From Geosiphon pyriformis uo1 (lineage: Eukaryota > Fungi > Glomeromycota): DNA of 17,311 nucleotides. Positions 11,579 to 17,311 of this stretch are shown here, in pieces; position 1 is the stretch's first letter; each line of letters begins with the position of its first letter. Both the position numbers and the translations under genes were made by a program. The stretch is from contig JAAOMT010000156.1 of assembly GCA_016748015.1 (NCBI GenBank), positions 9,770-27,080 of the forward strand, in the 5' to 3' direction. Under the pieces are notes generated by a model. The model worked only from the letters and a program-made list of their open reading frames with translations, did not search any database and was not told the origin of the DNA.

Positions 11579-12081
11579 TCTCATGATGCCACTGGTCATG
11601 CCCAATTGTTGGACATTCATGTTTCAGCTTGGGCGGCTCTTTCTGGTCTGTTTTGGTCTTCTTCATGTGTCTTGCAGCTATTGGATTCCTGTGTTTCTAA
11701 GATTGGGGTTGGTGCTGCTCTGTATAAAGGCCTTGTTTTCAACGATTAGTATTGTGAATCTGTCTTAGTTTTCAAAGATTCTGAGGTTGGGGCTAGTAAA
11801 ATTGTGGATTTTATACATGGGTTCTGTCTTGCGTTTTGGGATGATGTTTGGTTGGTCCGTGCCAGACACCGGACGTTTATGGAAAAGCACAGTTTGATTC
11901 CATGTGACGGCTCCGCTCCCGCTTCGGTTTCTGGTTTGTCTATGGTTTTTTCAGCTGGTGTAGTTAGATTGCTAGGTGTGATTGAAGCTTTTGGAGTTGG
12001 TTTCAGGTTTCATAAGTTTTGTCCATTTTTTTCAGGTATTGGAGATTTGATTTCTGTGCGTATAGGTGTATAGTATAGTCC

Positions 12082-12104
12082 TGACTGGCCCAAGTGGCTG
12101 GTCA
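12082..12104 (+). other. 3'UTR stem-loop of LINE copy B
   Basis: TGACTGGCC-CAAGT-GGCTGGTCA forms a 9-bp stem with two adjacent G-U pairs, which becomes perfect if both CTGG derive from CCGG. Confidence 0.7.
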
Positions 12105-12187
12105 CGTGTAGAAAGTGCATGATTCGCTCCTAGTTTAGATTATTTGTATAATATAAGGCACTATGTCGCGTTTGGACCTCACTCGTT

Positions 12188-12203
12188 AAAAAAAAAAAAA
12201 AAA
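12188..12203 (+). repeat. poly(A) tail of LINE copy B (A16)
   Basis: Uninterrupted A run about 115 nt after the ORF2 stop, at the boundary to AT-rich flank. Confidence 0.9.
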
Positions 12204-12211
12204 TTATTAAC
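12203..12211 (+). repeat. Candidate target-site duplication, right copy (ATTATTAAC)
   Basis: Identical to 5370-5378. The first A is shared with the tail. Confidence 0.6.
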
Positions 12212-12290
12212 TATTATTTACTAACTAATTATTGTTTTATTTTTTTATATTATAACTAATTATCCTATTTTATTGCTAATTTTTTTGTGT

Positions 12291-12350
12291 TATTTTATGT
12301 TATTATATATTATTTTATATTAATATGTATTATTTTGCATTATTATATAT
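12291..12350. repeat. Degenerate 10-bp (20-bp higher-order) tandem repeat
   Basis: TATTTTATGT TATTATATAT TATTTTATAT TAATATGTAT TATTTTGCAT TATTATATAT. Confidence 0.55.
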
Positions 12351-12399
12351 CAATTATGTTTTTTAATAAATTTTTTGATTAATTTTTCTACTCAAATAA

Positions 12400-14182
12400 C
12401 AACACTTTATCTTAAACAACACAAATTAAACTTTTAAGCTTTATATATAAAACAAAAAAAATAGTTAAAAAAATAATGACCAAAATAATTAAGAAACTAA
12501 TAAACTTTACAACAAATTTAATTAAAGTAGCCAAACTTAAAATCTAATTTAATTTGAAAGCAAAATTAATGGCAGATATAGCCAAAAAAACAATAAAAAA
12601 AGAGCCAAAGAAACAAAAATCTTAATATAAAACTTTCTATTAATTAAAGTTAATACAAAAAACTTAAAATTGACAAAAAACTTAACAAATAATTTGAAAA
12701 AAAAAACAATAATATTTTATAATTAATAAACAAATAATTTTAACTTTAATATTTGTAGTAATAATAATATTAAAGATTTTTTATCAAATACAATACTTAT
12801 ACAAAGTACTAAATTTTACAATAATAAGATTTAAAAATTTACAAAAGTTAAATATTATAACAACAAAATATTAATAATAATAAAAATCAGGAAATAAGAA
12901 ATAAAACAAATATAATCACCAACTTAAAAAATTATATTACTAATTTTAAAAGCAGTATAATTGAAAAAAAATTGATTAATTTGGTTTTAAAAATATTATA
13001 TAAGATAATAATTTTTTTTATTAAAAAAAAAGAATCTAAATACTGTTTTTTTTATTAGTATAGTTTAGTTATCAAAAATAACATTAGCAAAAAAGAGTTT
13101 TTAAAATTTATAATAACATATTATTACAAACCAACAGGTTTTAACTTAATTAAAGTAATAATATTAAACATATTAAAAGCATTTTTAATATTATTAAAAG
13201 ATGTACCAAAAAAATTATGAAGTACAACAAAGATAAAAAAAAAAACCAGAAATTATTACAAAAGATTTTGTTATCTTAAATATAATTAAAAAAAAACTAT
13301 TAATAAAAAGTTTAATAACTATAATTAAAGAAGTTTTAAAAACAAAATTTACATAAAACAATTTAATATTATTCTTTAAAACTAATTTAAGCTTAAAAAA
13401 ATCAAACAACAGATAAAACAAAAAATTAATAAAAATTAATTTAGTCTTAAAAGTAAAATTAAATTTTAAAATAGAAACTTTCTATTCAGAAAATCTTTAA
13501 TAACTGGAAATTGTTTTTTAAATACTATTAAAAGCAATATTAGAAAACATAAAAAAAATATTAATTTAGTTTTTATTTAATTAGTTTAATCTTTAAGATT
13601 AAATAACTTAATAAGTTGGTTTGCTTTTAAAACTAATAATAATTTGTTAAAAAACATTATATTTAATAATACAGTTATTAATTAATCTTGATCTATTTTA
13701 AAAAATATATTGTTATTATTATTATTTATATTAGAAAAAAAGTTTATTGTTACTAAAGAAATTTTATTTAAGATCTTATTTAAAATTACAAAAAAATTTA
13801 ATATAATAATAGCAAATATAAATAATTATTGCTGTTTTTTTTAATCTTTGGTATTTTGGTTATTTGCAAAGTAATAGTAATAATATTAATAATAAAAACA
13901 AAAATAATTAATTTATTAAAAACTCTAAGACTTTTGGAGAAAATAAAAACAATATTAAAATTAATTTAAGTATATCTTTTAAAAAAAACTTTGATTAAGA
14001 AAAAATTATCAATTAAAAGCAAAAAAGCTATTTTAAAAACTATTAAAAACAACTTTTTATTATTAATATTTAAAAAAAATATTGTTAGAATATTTTGTTT
14101 AATTGCTTTAATAATAATAAAATTTTATTAATTATTATAAAAAAATAATATTTAAAACTTTTTTACTTTTTGTTCTGATCAT
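12400..14182 (-). mobile_element. LINE copy C: heavily transition-mutated ORF1 fossil of a related but distinct family, with no ORF2 detected
   Basis: The minus strand reads KLKPVGL**YVIINF (to 13103), *TILIKKNSI*IL (13067-13029) and FKTKLINF..YTAFKISNIIF*VGDYICFI, plus a knuckle ghost Y-X2-Y-X4-Y-X4-Y at 12760-12719. Order and spacing match copy B ORF1. Candidate ATG (MIRTKSKK) at 14182. Both boundaries are approximate. Confidence 0.78.
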
Positions 14183-14460
14183 AATTATAAAATAAAATAA
14201 AAAGTTTATATTTTTATTTATTATCTTTTTATATATATAAAAAAATAATTGAAAAAATTTGATTTATAAACAAAAAATTTTATCATGCTAATTAGCTTTA
14301 AGTTAAATAATACTTTTAATAAAATATTTTATAAATAATTTAATTTTGCTAAGATTTAATCTTTTTTAAAAAAAATATTATGGTTAAAAATCATAGTTTT
14401 TATTAATTATAAATATATTAATTAATAATATTTTATTTTTAAATAATAATTTTTAATTTA

Positions 14461-14535
14461 ATTAATCTAATTATTAACTTAATTATTAATTTAATTATTG
14501 ATCTAATTATTGATTTAATTACTAATTTGGTTATT
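14461..14535. repeat. 12-bp tandem repeat, about 6 units (AATTAYTRAYYT)
   Basis: Units at 14469 AATTATTAACTT, 14481 AATTATTAATTT, 14493 AATTATTGATCT, 14505 AATTATTGATTT and 14517 AATTACTAATTT, with partial units on either side. Confidence 0.8.
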
Positions 14536-14892
14536 TATTATTTTTAATAATTATATAAATAATAAATTTTTAACTATAGAAAAACATAAAAATAATACCT
14601 ACATATTTAATATTTTTTTCTATATTATTTTTATTTTATAATTTTTTATTTTTAAATATTTAAATATTTATAAATAAACTTTTATTTACATATTTTATTT
14701 TATTTTTAATTTGTATTGTTAAAATTAGCTTAAAAAATATTTAGTTTTTATAATTTATTAAATAAAAAATAATTAACAATACTTATTATTAATTCTAAAA
14801 ATATCAAATTAAACATAAAATAATAATAGTAGTATTATTGTGTTAACAATTATAAACTTTTTTTCTATTTTTAAATTTTTTAAAAAAAATTA

Positions 14893-14919
14893 AACAATAA
14901 TAATAATAATAATAATAAC
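14893..14919. repeat. Microsatellite AAC(AAT)7AAC
   Basis: Direct reading of the sequence. Confidence 0.85.
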
Positions 14920-17311
14920 TTTATAAAAAATTATCAAAAAACTAAAAATTTTAAAAATTAAATTAATAATTAATTATAAAATATTATTATATTTTTTAAT
15001 ATTTTAATTATTATAATAAAAATATTTTTGTCTTTTATAATTTAAAAAAAATTAAAAAAGTTTTAATTTTAAAATATTTGCTTTTTTTTTATTAATAATT
15101 AACTGAATTTTAACAATTTAGAATAATTTGTTTTAAATAAAAATGCTGGTATTTTTAAAAACTATTTAATTTTAAAAAAATTCTAATATAAAATTTAAAT
15201 TTAAATATTAAAAATCTTTTTAATTATTATAATATTAAGTTTTATTTAAAATTTTAATATAGTTTTTTTATCAATTTAAAATTATTATTATATTTGAATT
15301 TAATATGCTTAAATATTATAAAATTTAATACAATACTTTTATAATAACTCTAAATTACTAAATATAAATAAAATTAAATAGTACTATTATTTTTATTTTG
15401 TTTATTTATATTATTATAAATAATTTCTATATATTTTTTATCTTTATTTACTTTTTTAATTTTATTAAATACCAAATTCAATATATTATTAAGTCTTTTG
15501 CTTACTATTTTGTTTTTATTAAAAATATAATTAATTTATTTACATATTATTTTATTTTAAATATTAAATAAATATATTTTATATAAATTAAAATATAAGA
15601 TGCAAATATTTTGTGTTTAATTATAAATATAATAAACAGTAATATTAATATTATAATTATATTATAAAATACTTATCTGTCAATTTTTTTTGTTGTTTTA
15701 TTAATTTCATATTTTTATTATAATAATTTCTTTTTAATTTAATCTTAAATAAATGTTTTTTGTATTTTTTTAATAAATTTTTCACTTTTTTTTTTGTAAG
15801 CATTATATTATAATATTATATTATTTATTTTTAAGTAATTTTTAATGGTTTTTAAATAAGTGCAACCAATTTATAAAATATTAAAAATTTTTTTTAATAA
15901 AATAATATATTGTAATTTTAATAGTAAAATATTTGCTTATTAGTACATGTTTTCTTTTTAAAATGCTAACTAATAGTTATTTTTTTACTATTTATTGCTT
16001 TTAATTAGATTATTAAAAATATATTTTGTTTGAATTTAGAGATCTTAAAATGCTATATGTAATTTAGCAAACTCTTTTTTTAGAATCAATATTAAGCAAC
16101 TATATTTGCTTTTGCTATTTTTACTTAAAATCTTTTGCATATTTTAAACTTCTGTTAATTAGAAATTAGTTTTTGCTTTATTGAATTAAAAAATGTTTTT
16201 GTCAAAAAACTTTTTGTTTCTTTGGTTTTAAAATAAAGACCAGTTTTTATACTAAAAATTATTGACTGGCTTTTTAACTAAAATTGTGAACTTATAGAAA
16301 AATTTTTTAACATATACATCAATAATTATATCTGCTAAACCAAAAAACATTTCTTTTTATTTGTTTAACAATTGACAGAATTCTGGTAAGTTATTAGCAA
16401 TTATCAAACAGTATTTAGTAATTGATTTTTATTATTATTTTTCTGTAAAAAGCCATATATAATAAAATTAAACAATCTGATTATAAACTAATAACTAAAT
16501 TTATATATATACTTATTATTGTTGTTAACTTTGCTATTTTTAGAATTAGACTTGCATTTTTATTTCTGTGGCAAATTTCCAGAAAATTTTATATTTTTTT
16601 TATATTTTTTTATATATTTTATATTTAACTTTGTGATTTGAGAAATTATACCAACTTAAAAGAAGTTATATTTTTTATTTATATCTATCACTCTACCAAA
16701 TTATATGTATAATAATAATAAAAACAAGATAAGTAATTGTTTAATTTCAATATTATCAAGTCTGTTTTTTGTTAATTTTGTTTGCAGACAAAAGCAGTAC
16801 TGTACTTAAGTATTTTAAGAATATGTTTAGAATATAATATATAAATAATTACAATGAAATAATTAAATTAAATATATACTTTTAACAACTTTTTTTTAAT
16901 GCCATCTTTATTAATCTTACAAATTACATTGTAGTAGACATTATAATTAAAAAAATATTTCAAATAGGATATCAAAAACATAAAACAAAAAAATCAATTC
17001 AAACTCTCTTTATTAATCAATAGTAATAATGTATTACAAGTATAGTTTTATGCATACAACAAAATAAAATATGTAATTATTTTTCCTTTGTATTTTTTTT
17101 TAACCAGTTTTTTTTATTATGTTTATAAAAAACTTTAAAATTCTTACCAATTCAACTTTTTTAAATTTATTGATAAAATGGGTTAAAGTTTTAGTGAGTA
17201 TTACTTTTGATATATATCTTATTATAATTGTGGTTTGAATGTCATTGATATAGAAATAAGAGTACATATAGTTTGCAATAAGTGTTAAAGCCAATTTGCA
17301 TTAAGAAATAA

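Larger units (their letters stand above)
7386..12073 (+). pseudogene. LINE ORF2 (pol) pseudogene, about 1560 codons: APE endonuclease, RT, RNase H, Zn finger
   Basis: ATG 7386 gives MTSYIWKIAMCNVRGMN, followed by GDFN, TIDYVFV and TDHQAV (APE). After a 1-nt deletion near 8020 a single frame runs to TAG 12071-12073 with 8 internal stops. RT motifs: PIALIET, LQDMHKTYDSV, GLDQGEVFSPLL*RIFYD, FLDN at 9689-9700. Confidence 0.95.
5379..12203 (+). mobile_element. LINE copy B, apparently full length (about 6.8 kb), inactivated by stops and frameshifts
   Basis: 5'UTR (about 5379-5510), ORF1 5511-7389, ORF2 7386-12073, 3'UTR with stem-loop, A16 tail at 12188-12203 and flanking ATTATTAAC duplication. 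Confidence 0.96.

Noticed and set aside
7386-12073. Bacterial RT system (retron, group II intron, DGR) or alternative genetic code with TGA/TAG read-through
   Set aside because: The APE-RT-RNase H layout, ORF1 knuckle and poly(A) define a eukaryotic LINE. All three stop types occur, at different positions in the two copies, alongside normal TGG and frameshifts, which indicates decay.
12081-12114. CTGA…stem-loop…GAAA resembling a hammerhead ribozyme core
   Set aside because: The core is CTGACTG rather than CTGANGA, GAAA does not directly follow the stem, and I could not build stems I and III with an NUH site.
1-12203. Copies A and B as a tandem duplication or as LTRs of one element
   Set aside because: They are far too divergent in ORF2, and each has its own A-tail, so they are independent insertions of different families.
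17100-17294. 64-aa minus-strand ORF as a real gene
   Set aside because: It has a non-ATG start and an I/K/F/Y-biased composition typical of mutated AT-rich DNA. At most it is part of the fossil ORF noted in the findings.
12212-17311. AT-rich block as organellar DNA, CRISPR array or centromeric satellite
   Set aside because: There are no tRNA, rRNA or organellar gene motifs, no repeat-spacer pattern and no long periodicity. Part of it decodes as a LINE ORF1 fossil.

Overview
This window is a eukaryotic transposon graveyard with no intact host gene, RNA gene or CRISPR array. A fungal source, possibly Glomeromycotina (Geosiphon-like), is my inference from recalled similarity, not a search result. 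It holds three non-LTR retrotransposons (LINEs) at different stages of decay. Copy A (+, 1-4573) is cut by the window edge and keeps an ORF2 pseudogene (APE endonuclease, RT, RNase H, C-terminal Zn finger), 3'UTR and A-tail. Copy B (+, 5379-12203) is apparently full length: ORF1 with two RRM-like domains, a CCHC knuckle and coiled coils, ORF2 coupled to it by an ATGA stop/start overlap, a 16-nt poly(A) and a candidate ATTATTAAC target-site duplication. Copy C (-, about 12400-14182) is an ORF1 fossil hidden in roughly 90% AT sequence, readable only after undoing C>T/G>A transitions. The strongest signals are pervasive RIP-like transition mutagenesis in several dinucleotide contexts, a 3'UTR stem-loop block much more conserved than the coding sequence between copies A and B, and fossil coding or repeat structure inside the AT-rich DNA.
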